A DNA stretch of 64,000 nt from positions 1 through 64,000 of the forward strand of contig JBDHZC010000004.1 of assembly GCA_039811685.1 (NCBI GenBank). Direction: 5' to 3'. The translations under genes were made by a program, and so were the position numbers. This document shows positions 30,500 to 40,278 of this stretch, piece after piece (positions within the stretch are counted from its first letter, which is position 1; every line of letters starts with the position of its first letter). The notes beneath the pieces were generated by a model that saw only the letters and a program-made list of their open reading frames with translations, made no database searches and was not told the origin of the DNA. The stretch is from Armatimonadota bacterium (GTDB taxonomy: Bacteria > Armatimonadota > UBA5829 > DSUL01).

Positions 30500-31357
30500 T
30501 CAGGCCGTAATCATCGTTCCAATGCCCGTATCCGTGAAAATCTCCATCAGAAGCGCATTGGGCTTGCGGCCGTCTATGATGTGCGCGCGCTGAACTCCGC
30601 CCTCAACGGCTCTCACGCAAGCCTCCACCTTTGGGATCATGCCCCTGGAGACTGCTCCGGAACCTGTCAGCTCCCTTGCTTCGGGCAGAGTCAGCGTGGA
30701 GACCAGACTGTCCGTGTCGTTGACGTCCCGGAGGATGCCCGGCACATCAGTCATCAGGATCAGCTTCTCCGCGCGGAGCTTCGCCGCCAGTTCACCCGCA
30801 ACATCATCCGCGTTGATGTTGAACGACTCGCCGTTTTCGCCTATCGCGACAGAGCTGATAACGGGAATAAACCCACCGGCGGCAAGTGTATCCAGTATAT
30901 CGGTATTGATCTCTTTGACCTTTCCGACGAAGCCAAGGTCAACGTGCGAAGCGGCCTTGTCCGCCACAATCAGGCTGGCGTCTTTTCCCGAAAGCCCGAC
31001 CGCCTTGCCTCCCTGGTGGTTGATGCTGGCGACTATGCCTTTGTTAGTCTTGCCCGCCAGCACCATCTCCACGATCTCCATCGTCTCAGCGTCTGTCACG
31101 CGCAGTCCGTTCACGAAAGCAGGCTCTTTGCCCTGCTTGCGCATGACTTCGCTTACTTCCGGCCCCCCGCCGTGTACCAGGATTGGCCGCATTCCCACAT
31201 AGTGCATCAGCACAATGTCCTGACAAACCGCTCTCTTGAGCTCGTCATCTACCATTGCCGCGCCGCCGTACTTGATAAGCAGCGTCTTAGCGTAATAGCT
31301 GCGGATGTAGGGAAGAGCCTCAACCAGTATTTGAGCTTGTTGCTGTGTATAGTTCAT
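30500..31357 (-). CDS. argB: Acetylglutamate kinase
   Basis: EALPYI, IKYGG, VHGGGP, GLRVTD, NINAD, GMIPKV. Confidence 0.98.
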   Translation of the reverse strand: MNYTQQQAQILVEALPYIRSYYAKTLLIKYGGAAMVDDELKRAVCQDIVLMHYVGMRPILVHGGGPEVSEVMRKQGKEPAFVNGLRVTDAETMEIVEMVLAGKTNKGIVASINHQGGKAVGLSGKDASLIVADKAASHVDLGFVGKVKEINTDILDTLAAGGFIPVISSVAIGENGESFNINADDVAGELAAKLRAEKLILMTDVPGILRDVNDTDSLVSTLTLPEARELTGSGAVSRGMIPKVEACVRAVEGGVQRAHIIDGRKPNALLMEIFTDTGIGTMITA

Positions 31358-31436
31358 CCGTTATGTTCCGGTCGAGTTTGCGCGTCCGCTATTCTTCCCG
31401 CTTTCCAACTCTGACTCTTGCTGGCGTACAGCAAGG

Positions 31437-32669
31437 CTACGTGTGGTACTCCGCGTTGATTTTTATGTAATCGTACGAGAAGTCACACGTCCAGACGGTT
31501 GCCTGCCCCGACCCCAGGTTCAGGTTCAGGTCAATGGTAACTGTGTCCGTGTCAAGTAACTCTCGGCGCGTTTCATCCGCCAGCCTGACAGGCTCTCCGT
31601 TCAGCACCAGCGCCTCGCCGTTCACGGCAAGATCGAGCCTGTCCTGCGACACTTTTGCGCCTGAGCGTCCTGCCGCTGCGACAACACGTCCCCAGTTCGG
31701 ATCTTCACCGAACAGCGCTGTTTTCACCAGAGGTGAGTTGGCTATCGTCTTTGCGGCTCTGCGAGCGTCCTCACTGGAAACCGCGCCTGCTACGCGCACT
31801 TCCACAAGCTTTGTTGCGCCTTCTCCGTCTCGCGCAATGGCTTTCGCCATATCCTGGCAAAGCCACGTCAAAGCAGATCCGAATCGGCCCAGGTCTTCGT
31901 CACCAATCGCTACGCCGCTGGCGCCGTTAGCCAGCATGAGTACCATATCGTTAGTGCTCGTGTCCCCGTCAACAGTGAGGCTGTTGAATGAATGGTCAAC
32001 GGCGGTCTTCAAAAGGGCCTGGAGAGCGTCCGCGCCGATACTGGCGTCTGTGGTGAGAAAGCAGAACATCGTGGCCATGTTCGGCTCTATCATCCCGCTG
32101 CCTTTTGCGATTGCTCCTATACGCACGGTCCCTGCGGATACGGCCACTTCCACCGACTGATGCTTCATTACCAGATCGGTAGTCATAATCGCTTCCGCAG
32201 CCTTCAGGCCACCGTCCTCCGACAACTGCGCCGCAGCCTCCTGAATGCCCGCCCTCACATTTTGCATCGGGAGCAGCTCGCCTATGATGCCGGTCGAGGC
32301 CCCAAGAGCGCTGTGGGTGGGCAGATTAAGGGCCGACTCTGTCAAAGTGCACAGCTCGACAGCGTCTTTGTGACCCTGCGAACCGGTAAAAGCGTTAGCG
32401 TTACCGCTGTTGACGACGATAGCTTGGGCAGTTCCCTGTGCGATACGCTGGCGATTGATGTCCACGCAGGCCGCCCGGACCTGGTTGGTTGTCAGCACTC
32501 CAGCGACGGTTGCGGGTTCGTCACTGGCAATTATGGCCAGGTCGAGCTTTCCAGAACGCTTTATGCCGCAGCGAACCCCTGACGCCCGGAAGCCCCGGGG
32601 AAAAGTAACTGAATCTCCTGTCACGTTGAAGGTGTCAGGCGCCTCAGGCGATTTGTCCGTCTGCCTCAT
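31437..32669 (-). CDS. argJ: Ornithine acetyltransferase / N-acetylglutamate synthase
   Basis: NSGNANA, STGIIG, IMTTD, KGSGMIEPNMATM, DGDTSTND, DGEGATK, DPNWGR. Confidence 0.98.
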   Translation of the reverse strand: MRQTDKSPEAPDTFNVTGDSVTFPRGFRASGVRCGIKRSGKLDLAIIASDEPATVAGVLTTNQVRAACVDINRQRIAQGTAQAIVVNSGNANAFTGSQGHKDAVELCTLTESALNLPTHSALGASTGIIGELLPMQNVRAGIQEAAAQLSEDGGLKAAEAIMTTDLVMKHQSVEVAVSAGTVRIGAIAKGSGMIEPNMATMFCFLTTDASIGADALQALLKTAVDHSFNSLTVDGDTSTNDMVLMLANGASGVAIGDEDLGRFGSALTWLCQDMAKAIARDGEGATKLVEVRVAGAVSSEDARRAAKTIANSPLVKTALFGEDPNWGRVVAAAGRSGAKVSQDRLDLAVNGEALVLNGEPVRLADETRRELLDTDTVTIDLNLNLGSGQATVWTCDFSYDYIKINAEYHT

Positions 32670-32670
32670 C

Positions 32671-33720
32671 CTAAGGGTACACTGCCGGGAAGTTCAGCCC
32701 CGCATTCTCATCGAGTCCGAACATGAGGTTCATATTTTGGATAGCCTGTCCAGAGGCTCCCTTGACAAGATTGTCAATGACTGAGAGCACTACCAGCCGC
32801 CGCGTGCGCTCTACCAGCACCGGCGCAATCAGGCAGTAATTCGATCCGAGGACGTGCTTGGTTTCTGGTAATGCGCCGGCTGGAAGAATCCGCACAAAAG
32901 GCGCATCCTGATAGAAGTCTTCGTAAGCGAGCCGCACGTCTTCCTCGTCCGCCCCTTCGGCCAGTTCGGCGTAGATCGTGGTGAATATTCCTCGGGTCAT
33001 CGGCGCCAGATGGGGCGTAAACGTCACCGTGACAGCTTCACCCGCCAGTCCGCTCAACTCCTGCTCTATCTCAGGTGTATGCCGGTGCCCGTTCACTCCG
33101 TAAGCTCTGAAGTTCTGTTCAATCTCGCCGTACAGATAAGCCGGCTCGGTGCGGGAGCGCCCGGCGCCTGAAACACCTGATGCGCTGTTGATCACAATAT
33201 TGCCAGTCTCAATCCAGCGTCCCGCCACCGCCGGGGCCAGTGCCAGAATCGCCGAAGTCGGATAGCATCCCGGATTCGCGACAAGCCTCGCCTGCCTGAT
33301 ACCCTCGTGATGAAGCTCCGGTAGCCCGTAGACAGCCTCTCCAAGAAGCATCTGTGCATCATGCGGCATCCGGTAGTACTTCTCCCAGATATCTGGAGAC
33401 TCCAGGCGAAAATCGGCGGCGACGTCCACAACCTTGCATCCGGCCTCCAGAAGCCGCCCTGCATGCTTCATCGCCCAGCCGTTACCGCGTGCCAGAAAGA
33501 CGACGTCGCAACACTCTGCCGCTTCTTCCGGATCAAAGGCTTTCAGAGTGATGTCAGCATAGCCTGTGAGGTGTGGATAAACCGTGGATAGGAGCTGGCC
33601 GTCCTGAGACTCACTGCTGAGATAGGCAAGGCTGGCATTGGGATGAAGCGAGAGCAGACGGACTAACTCGACGCCCGCGTACCCTGTCGCTCCGACAACG
33701 CCGATTCGAATGTCTGCCAA
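32671..33720 (-). CDS. argC: N-acetyl-gamma-glutamyl-phosphate reductase
   Basis: GATGYAG, ADFRL, ANPGCYPT, SGVSGAG, HRHTPEI, DNLVKGASGQA; TTG start after AAGGAGG. Confidence 0.98.
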   Translation of the reverse strand: MADIRIGVVGATGYAGVELVRLLSLHPNASLAYLSSESQDGQLLSTVYPHLTGYADITLKAFDPEEAAECCDVVFLARGNGWAMKHAGRLLEAGCKVVDVAADFRLESPDIWEKYYRMPHDAQMLLGEAVYGLPELHHEGIRQARLVANPGCYPTSAILALAPAVAGRWIETGNIVINSASGVSGAGRSRTEPAYLYGEIEQNFRAYGVNGHRHTPEIEQELSGLAGEAVTVTFTPHLAPMTRGIFTTIYAELAEGADEEDVRLAYEDFYQDAPFVRILPAGALPETKHVLGSNYCLIAPVLVERTRRLVVLSVIDNLVKGASGQAIQNMNLMFGLDENAGLNFPAVYP

Positions 33721-33759
33721 ATCTCAGCCTCCTTACAAGTAAAAACCTTTGGACTTTTG

Positions 33760-33765
33760 ATTATA
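33760..33765 (-). promoter_or_regulatory. sigma70 -10 element (TATAAT) of the arg operon
   Basis: Minus-strand TATAAT ~40 nt upstream of the argC start and its AAGGAGG RBS. Confidence 0.55.
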
Positions 33766-33841
33766 CCTGTAAGCTCGAACGCTCTGCCAACCAACACGAG
33801 TTCAACGTTTCACAACAAGAGGCCTTGAGGCTACCGGGGAT

Positions 33842-33913
33842 AAATGTAAAACGGCGCGGAGATCGCTTTGGCAGGGGATGACCGCGCCGTCAAGCTCACC
33901 TGGGAGGTGAACG
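33842..33913 (-). ncRNA. Candidate ~70-nt small RNA with C-rich anti-SD loops
   Basis: Own promoter (TTGCAA-17-TAAAGT); hairpin GUUCACCU-CCC-AGGUGAGC; then a 9-bp GC stem ACGGCGCGG/CCGCGCCGU followed by UUUACAUUU. Confidence 0.55.
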
Positions 33914-33918
33914 CGGAT

Positions 33919-33947
33919 ACTTTACACGTAATCAAACAGAATTGCAA
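33919..33947 (-). promoter_or_regulatory. sigma70-type promoter of the candidate sRNA
   Basis: -35 TTGCAA (33942-33947), 17-nt spacer, -10 TAAAGT (33919-33924), AT-rich upstream region. Confidence 0.6.
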
Positions 33948-34176
33948 GCTTTGTTACAAAATCTCTTGAATAAATAATAACCTGACACAATCGACCGATG
34001 GACTCCACTTTTTACCCCCGCTGATCGCCAGCGGACAAGCTCTTCAAATCCATGCCGGCGCCTGCTTAGTCACGCCCGTCCGGCTACCGATCTCATCACC
34101 CGCACCTTCAGGCCAACAGATCCTTCTCAACTACCAGGCGACGGGGCAGGGTTTCCCGAATGCAGTCGCTAAGTCT

Positions 34177-35430
34177 GTGGACACTATGCGATCTGTAATA
34201 TTCAAACCCGCCACCGTGAGCTCTGCGTTGCTGATCGTTTTCTTTCTGAGCGTTTCAGCGCACAGCGCTATGTCTCAGTTCATCCAGGACCGCTTTGCCA
34301 TAGGTTTCTGGGTTGCGCCGCCAGCCGAAGAGACGACGCCGACGCGCTACAAGGAGATTGCAGACGCTAACTTCACGGTTGTGCTGGGTGGTTTTGGCCA
34401 GGATGCCGCAAAACAGATCGCACTTTGCGAACGCTATGGACTCAAAGCTCTCGTCAAGTCTGAAGGGCCAGTCGAAAAATGGCCGGATGGGGATGCGTGC
34501 TGGGGTTATATGCTGGTGGACGAACCTGGCGCTGGCGCTTTCCCCGGGTTGGCCAAACTCTGTGATGAGATCGAAAAGACGCATCCGGGCCGCTTCGGTT
34601 ACGTCAACCTGTTTCCAAATTACGCCCCGGCCTGGGCGCTCCAGACACCAGACTACGACTCGCACGTGCGCGAGTTTGTGAAACAAGTCCATCCGCGTGT
34701 GCTGTGCATGGATCACTATCCTCTGATGCGGCCTGAGGGTGACACCAGGCAGGCTTATCTCGACAATCTCGCAACGATGCGCAAGTATTCGCTGCTCGCC
34801 CGCATTCCTTTCTGGAATTTCTTCTACTCCATGCCGTTTAACGACCGTCTTGACCCAACGGAAGCCCAGATTCGGTGGCAGATTTTCGCGTCTGTGGCGT
34901 ACGGGGCGAAAGGTGTGCTCTACTTCTGCTACTGGACGCCTGGCAAAGGAGCCAAGGGGGCGGGTGAGTTTCCCAAAGGCGGCGCCATCCTCACGGCGGA
35001 AGGTTTGCGCACACGTCACTGGGATGAAGCGCGGCGTATCAACAGTGAGCTCAAAGCGATGGGGTCCACCCTTATGGATCTCACAAGCACGGGCGTTCAC
35101 CGCATCACTGCGGAGACAGACACAGCAAAGGAGCTGTCCGGCTCCGGGCTGAAGTCCATCTCCATCGTTCCCGGTGATCCGCCGGCGGACTACCTTATCG
35201 GCGCATTCAAAGACCGGAAAGGGCGCAGGGCGGTCTTGCTGCAGAACTACAACTACTCCTACACGGCGTGGCCGACTGTGGTGTTCGACGCTGATCCTGG
35301 CAAGGTACTGGAAGTCAACAAGGCGACTGGAAAACTGACGCCGGTGGTGGATGACAGTCCTGAACTGGAAGGATTGCAGCTTTCGCTGGGGGCTGGGGAC
35401 GGGCGTCTGTTCGTGCTCGCCGCAGAGTAG
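34177..35430 (+). CDS. Secreted hypothetical protein, putative glycoside hydrolase-like TIM barrel
   Basis: Signal peptide; WGYMLVDEP (acid/base-like), YVNLFP, DHYP, AYGAKGVLYFCYW motifs typical of clan GH-A-like proteins. Confidence 0.6.
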   Translation: MDTMRSVIFKPATVSSALLIVFFLSVSAHSAMSQFIQDRFAIGFWVAPPAEETTPTRYKEIADANFTVVLGGFGQDAAKQIALCERYGLKALVKSEGPVEKWPDGDACWGYMLVDEPGAGAFPGLAKLCDEIEKTHPGRFGYVNLFPNYAPAWALQTPDYDSHVREFVKQVHPRVLCMDHYPLMRPEGDTRQAYLDNLATMRKYSLLARIPFWNFFYSMPFNDRLDPTEAQIRWQIFASVAYGAKGVLYFCYWTPGKGAKGAGEFPKGGAILTAEGLRTRHWDEARRINSELKAMGSTLMDLTSTGVHRITAETDTAKELSGSGLKSISIVPGDPPADYLIGAFKDRKGRRAVLLQNYNYSYTAWPTVVFDADPGKVLEVNKATGKLTPVVDDSPELEGLQLSLGAGDGRLFVLAAE

Positions 35431-35445
35431 TCCAGAGCGGAGTCT

Positions 35446-36276
35446 TCAGGCAGGCTCACTCTGGCCGCGGGGATTACTGCGTTTCAGTTCGGCGCGCAGG
35501 ATGTCAAGAAACGGCTCTCGCGCGTGCCTTTCCAGCCACGGAGCGTGCCCACACTTCTCCAAAAGGATGAACCGAAAGTCGCCTAACCGGCTGGACAATG
35601 GTTCGCGAACGCCCTCAGCGGGATGGGGGTCGTAGTCTCCGTGAATGGCTACTACCGGGCACCGCACCTGACCGGCCAGCCCCAGTAGCTCTCCGTTTGC
35701 TCTGAGGTGACTGGCTTCTGACATCAGCTTGCCGAAAACGCCTGGCTGTAGCCCGAACTGCAAGTCCTGGGCTGCGGGAAACTCGGGAGGAAGAGCGTCA
35801 AAGACATCCGTCTGGGCCACCAGTCTTCCGAGCTCTTGAAGTATCTCGGCGTCGTTCACTTCCGGATTGTCCAGTAGCCGCATAAGGGTGCCGTAGCGTT
35901 GCCTGCTGTCTTCAGACAATCGCGACAGACGAGTTGGAAGGATAGACTGCGCGTACTGCGGCTCGAATGGCCCCGCTCCTATCAAAATCACCTTGCCGAT
36001 CTGTCCAGGGTGCAGCGCCGCCGTGAGCATCGCAAGCCAGGCTCCCCACGAGTGTCCAATGAGCGTGACCGGGACCTCTGCATGCGCTCGAAGAACCTCA
36101 CTCAGATCAAGCACCTGAGACCCTAGCGTATCCCCTGTCACCAGTGGTTCCAGAATACCACCGTCACGAGACAGCTCGCGCGCCACCGCAGCCATCTCGC
36201 CACAGGCGCCGGGGCCGCCATGTACGACCGCGCATTCGTAGGGTGGGTGTCCGTATTTCCGGGGATTGTCCACCAT
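35446..36276 (-). CDS. Alpha/beta hydrolase
   Basis: HGGPG oxyanion motif, GHSWG nucleophile elbow, HGDYD, CGHAPW; ATG 36276 after AGGAG. Confidence 0.92.
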   Translation of the reverse strand: MVDNPRKYGHPPYECAVVHGGPGACGEMAAVARELSRDGGILEPLVTGDTLGSQVLDLSEVLRAHAEVPVTLIGHSWGAWLAMLTAALHPGQIGKVILIGAGPFEPQYAQSILPTRLSRLSEDSRQRYGTLMRLLDNPEVNDAEILQELGRLVAQTDVFDALPPEFPAAQDLQFGLQPGVFGKLMSEASHLRANGELLGLAGQVRCPVVAIHGDYDPHPAEGVREPLSSRLGDFRFILLEKCGHAPWLERHAREPFLDILRAELKRSNPRGQSEPA

Positions 36277-36396
36277 AGCTCCTTTCTCCTGTGACGTTGA
36301 AACGTAGAAGGCGTCAGAGATCAAAGACTACTATACTGGAGTTACACGCAGCTTGCCCGTCGGCGAGATGGGTATGAAAGGGTGAAGGAGTCTGCA

Positions 36397-36996
36397 ATGA
36401 AAATTGTTGTTGTTGGCGCAACAGGTACGATTGGCGCTGAAGTCTGCGCCTGTCTCAATGAAAAGCACGAGGTCATTCGCGCGTCCCGCACCACCTCAGA
36501 CTATCACGTGGACATCTCATCTCCGGAGTCTATCAAGGCGTTCTTCGCAAGTATTGCGCCGTTTGACGCAGTGATCAGCGTGGCTGGCGATGCCAGATTC
36601 AAGGGGTTGTCTGTTCTGGAAGACCAAGACTTTGAGTTCTCGCTGCACAACAAGCTCATGGGGCAAGTGAATCTAGTGCGGTTTGGTTTGGAACACGTGA
36701 CGCACGGGGGATCGTTCACTCTCACCAGCGGAGTCCTCGCAAGGGAGCCGATGGCCGGCAGCGCGGCTATCAGCCTGGTCAATGCCGGTATCGAAGGATT
36801 CGTGCGGGCGGCGGCGCTGGAAGCGCCGCGCGGTATCCGTGTCAACGCGGTCAGCCCTCCCTGGGTGACAGAGACGCTGAAGGCGATGGGCATGGATATC
36901 TCCGGAGGAATGGCTGCCGCTGGTGTTGCGCGCGCGTACGTTCGTTCAGTAGAGGGAGACCTCACGGGTCACATAATCGACCCTCGAAAGCTCTAA
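36397..36996 (+). CDS. Short-chain dehydrogenase/reductase (short ~200-aa type)
   Basis: VVGATGTIG, KLMGQVNLV, GSFTLTSG, RVNAVSP. Confidence 0.92.
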   Translation: MKIVVVGATGTIGAEVCACLNEKHEVIRASRTTSDYHVDISSPESIKAFFASIAPFDAVISVAGDARFKGLSVLEDQDFEFSLHNKLMGQVNLVRFGLEHVTHGGSFTLTSGVLAREPMAGSAAISLVNAGIEGFVRAAALEAPRGIRVNAVSPPWVTETLKAMGMDISGGMAAAGVARAYVRSVEGDLTGHIIDPRKL

Positions 36997-38774
36997 TCGC
37001 TGTCTTCCGGCAGATAAATCACTTCCAGGTGCAACTCTTCCAACTGTCTGGCGTCCACCGTTGAAGGGGCGCCTGTCATTGGGTCCAGCCCGCCGCCCAT
37101 CTTCGGAAATGCGATGACTTCGCGGATGTTGTCGTCACCTGTCAGGTAGGTTATCAGCCGGTCAATCCCGGGCGCAATACCGCCGTGAGGCGGAGCTCCG
37201 AGCGAAAATGCTTCCAGCATATGCCCGAACTGCTCATCAATTTGTTCATCAGAGTATCCCAGCTTGCGCAGGATAGCCCGCTGCAGGTCAGGCTTGTGGA
37301 TTCGAATTGAGCCACTCGCCCATTCCGATCCGTTGCACGCCAGGTCGTAGCAGAACGACCGCATCGCAGCCGGATCAGACTCAATCAAGTCCACATGCTC
37401 GGGGTGGGGCATGGCAAATGGATTGTGCGCAAACGTCCACCGGTTGTTCTCCTCATCCCACTCAAACACTGGAAAGTCCACAATCCAACAAAACGCAAGC
37501 AGGTTCGGATCGGCCAACTGTTGTCGCTCGCCGATTTCGCGTCGCAGGCGGTCCAGAGCTTTGGCCACTGTGAGCGGCGTATCGGCAATGAACGCGATCA
37601 GGTCGCCGGCGCTTGCATCTGTGGCGGCTAGGAGACTGGCGATTTCTGCCTCGCTCAGAAACTTTGCGATTGGCGAGCGGACAGAGCCGTTCTCCTCCAC
37701 GATGAGATAAGCCATGCCTTTAGCGCCAGCCTCTTTGGCTATAGCCGTCAGATCGTCAATCTCTTTGCGAGACAAGGCGCCGCCGCCGGGATAGCGAACG
37801 GCCTTCACCTGGCCACCGCTCTCCAGCGCGTTCTTGAACACGCCGAACTCTGTGCCCAGCAATATCTGCGCGCAGTCTACCAGTTCCAGACCGAAGCGCA
37901 CGTCTGGCTTGTCAGTTCCAAAACGGCGCATCGCCTCATCGTAGGTGAATCGCGGAAAAGGCTTGATGAGCTTCTTGTCCGACAACGCTTCAACAACATC
38001 TATCGTCATTCCCTCGACGATTCCCAGGATATCCTCCTGTTCAACAAAGCTCATTTCCAGATCGAGCTGCGTGAACTCCGGCTGGCGATCCGCTCTCTGC
38101 GCTTCGTCGCGGAAGCATTTTGCAATCTGGAAGTACTTCTCGACTCCGGCAACCATTAGAAGCTGCTTGAACTGCTGAGGGGCCTGCGGAAGCGCGTAGA
38201 AGAGACCGGGTTGCAGGCGGTAAGGCACAAGATAGTCGCGAGCGCCTTCCGGCGTACTGCGCGTCATGATGGGAGTCTCGACCTCTATAAATCCCTGTTC
38301 GTACATGTAAGCCCGGATGCGCTTCACGACTTCGTGCCGCAGCTTCAGCTTGTGGAACATGGCAGGGCGCCGCAGATCAAGATAACGGTACTTCAGGCGC
38401 AACTCTTCGTTGACCGCCGTATCCTGGTCCACCTGAAACGGCAGCACTTTGGTGGTGTTAAGAATCTCGACATCGCTGACCTCCAGTTCCACCTCGCCAG
38501 TTGGGATCCTGGGGTTTTCAGTGCCTTCAGGACGCTGCCGCACCCGGCCTGTCAGTGCCAGTACTGTCTCATTTTTAATGTGTTGGGCGACCGAGTGCGC
38601 GCTTGGCGCGGCGTCGGGGTCAATGACTGTCTGGACAAGGCCGGTACGGTCGCGCAAGTCAACAAAGATCAACCCACCGTGGTCGCGGACGCTGTGCGCC
38701 CATCCATTGAGCGTCACTGTCTTCCCAATGTCGCTTGCCCGCAAATTCCCGCAATAAACCGTTCTTTTCAGCAT
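36993..38774 (-). CDS. aspS: Aspartate--tRNA ligase (likely non-discriminating Asp/Asn)
   Basis: RDHGGLIFVDLRD, TPEGARDY, LPQAPQQFKQ, RQPEFTQLD, PPHGGIAPGIDR; His in RDHGG and Gly in RPEG are ND-AspRS markers. Confidence 0.98.
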   Translation of the reverse strand: MLKRTVYCGNLRASDIGKTVTLNGWAHSVRDHGGLIFVDLRDRTGLVQTVIDPDAAPSAHSVAQHIKNETVLALTGRVRQRPEGTENPRIPTGEVELEVSDVEILNTTKVLPFQVDQDTAVNEELRLKYRYLDLRRPAMFHKLKLRHEVVKRIRAYMYEQGFIEVETPIMTRSTPEGARDYLVPYRLQPGLFYALPQAPQQFKQLLMVAGVEKYFQIAKCFRDEAQRADRQPEFTQLDLEMSFVEQEDILGIVEGMTIDVVEALSDKKLIKPFPRFTYDEAMRRFGTDKPDVRFGLELVDCAQILLGTEFGVFKNALESGGQVKAVRYPGGGALSRKEIDDLTAIAKEAGAKGMAYLIVEENGSVRSPIAKFLSEAEIASLLAATDASAGDLIAFIADTPLTVAKALDRLRREIGERQQLADPNLLAFCWIVDFPVFEWDEENNRWTFAHNPFAMPHPEHVDLIESDPAAMRSFCYDLACNGSEWASGSIRIHKPDLQRAILRKLGYSDEQIDEQFGHMLEAFSLGAPPHGGIAPGIDRLITYLTGDDNIREVIAFPKMGGGLDPMTGAPSTVDARQLEELHLEVIYLPEDSD

Positions 38775-38811
38775 CCAGTCTGTGTCTTTCCGCAGTTGTA
38801 GCTCTCTGGCA

Positions 38812-40104
38812 TCACGCCGCTTCGATCTCTCCTGATTCACTTGTGGAGAGATAGTCCTGAATCATCTCTGCGCAGTTCTGCAGGGGTAGCCGCCACTGGT
38901 GCTGAGCTATCAGGTCCCGGGCGCTCACCTGTCCCGAGGCCAGCTCATCGTCTCCCAGCAGAAGCGCCAGCCTCGCGCCGGACTTGTCCGCCCGCTTCAT
39001 CTGCGCCTTCATGCTCTTGCCGCCATAGTCCATTTCGGCTGGCACTCCCAACTCCTGCAGGCGGGCCGCCAGCGCAAGCCCCGGAACTTGCGCTTTCTCC
39101 CCCAGCCGTACCACGAATACAACCGGGTGCGGCCGGACGCCGATTTTGGCAGATCGCGAGTCGAGCACGGTCAGAAGCCGCTCCACACCCATCGCCATGC
39201 CCACAGCAGGAGTCGCAGGGCCGCCGATCTCTTCCACGAGGTTGTCATAGCGCCCGCCGCCACAGATGGCATCCTGAGCGCCGAGCGCCTGGTCAGTAAA
39301 CTCGAACGCCGTCCTGGTGTAGTAGTCAAATCCACGCACCAGCCTGGGGTCAATCTCGTAGCTCAGCCCAAGCGCATCAAGAGCTTCTCTCACACGCTGG
39401 AAATGGAGCGCAGACTCTTCATCCAGATAATCCTGGAGTCTCGGGACGTTTTCTGTGAGCGCGCGGCACTCCGGATTCTTGCAGTCCAGCATGCGCAGTG
39501 GGTTCTTCTCATAGCGCGTCTGGCAGCTTCCGCACAGCTTTTGCAGATACGGCTCCACGCTTCCCTTGAGCGCTTCCACGTAAAGAGTCCGGGAATCAAC
39601 AGTCCCGACGGAGTTGAGTCTTATGGCAAAGGGCGCAGCGCCGGTTTGCTCCAGAAAGCGAGCAGTCAGCGCAATGACCTCCGCATCCAGCGTCGGGTCG
39701 TCACTGCCGATGGCCTCCAACCCGAACTGATCAAACTGGCGGTAGCGCCCCGCCTGTGGGCGTTCGTAGCGGTACATGCTGCCGATATAGAACAGCTTGC
39801 TTGGCAGCCCGTGCGCGCCAATGTTGTTCTCGACCCACGCCCTGACAACCGGCGCGGTGCCCTCCGGCCGAAGCGTCAGATCACGTCCTGACCTGTCCTG
39901 AAAGCTGTACATCTCCTTGGAGACAACATCCGTCACCTCTCCGATAGAGCGAGTGAATAGCTCTGTCTCTTCAAACGTGGGTGTGCGAATCTCACCAAAT
40001 CCGGCCAGCCGACAGACCTCGCGAAACTTGTGTTCCACGGCCTGCCACCGCCAGGTCTCAGATGGAAGTATGTCTTTTGTTCCTCTTGGAGCTTTGTAGT
40101 GCAT
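38812..40104 (-). CDS. hisS: Histidine--tRNA ligase
   Basis: PRGTKD, KEMY, LRPEGTA, RYERPQAGR, LVRGFDYY, GGGRYD. Confidence 0.99.
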   Translation of the reverse strand: MHYKAPRGTKDILPSETWRWQAVEHKFREVCRLAGFGEIRTPTFEETELFTRSIGEVTDVVSKEMYSFQDRSGRDLTLRPEGTAPVVRAWVENNIGAHGLPSKLFYIGSMYRYERPQAGRYRQFDQFGLEAIGSDDPTLDAEVIALTARFLEQTGAAPFAIRLNSVGTVDSRTLYVEALKGSVEPYLQKLCGSCQTRYEKNPLRMLDCKNPECRALTENVPRLQDYLDEESALHFQRVREALDALGLSYEIDPRLVRGFDYYTRTAFEFTDQALGAQDAICGGGRYDNLVEEIGGPATPAVGMAMGVERLLTVLDSRSAKIGVRPHPVVFVVRLGEKAQVPGLALAARLQELGVPAEMDYGGKSMKAQMKRADKSGARLALLLGDDELASGQVSARDLIAQHQWRLPLQNCAEMIQDYLSTSESGEIEAA

Positions 40105-40278
40105 GCGCTGCTTTGTATTCGTGATCTGGCGGCTCGTCTCGATTGCTCACGCCGACTTGCAGGCGAGGCCCTGTCGGCCTTGACAGCGGAAGCCATGGGG
40201 AGAACCCACTCTGCTGACGCTCTCGCTTGGCGCCGGCAGACGGAGCGATTCCAGCTCACCCGACTGCCGCCGGGGATG

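Noticed and set aside
33966..33983. TTGAATAAATAATAA resembling an ArgR ARG box
   Set aside because: Only one half-site matches, it lies ~200 nt from the argC promoter, and no argR is in the window; more simply an AT-rich UP-like element.
40105..40278. 174-nt spacer upstream of hisS as a T-box or 6S RNA
   Set aside because: No T-box consensus (GGTGGxACCGCG), no terminator and no clear 6S-like central bubble that I could identify.
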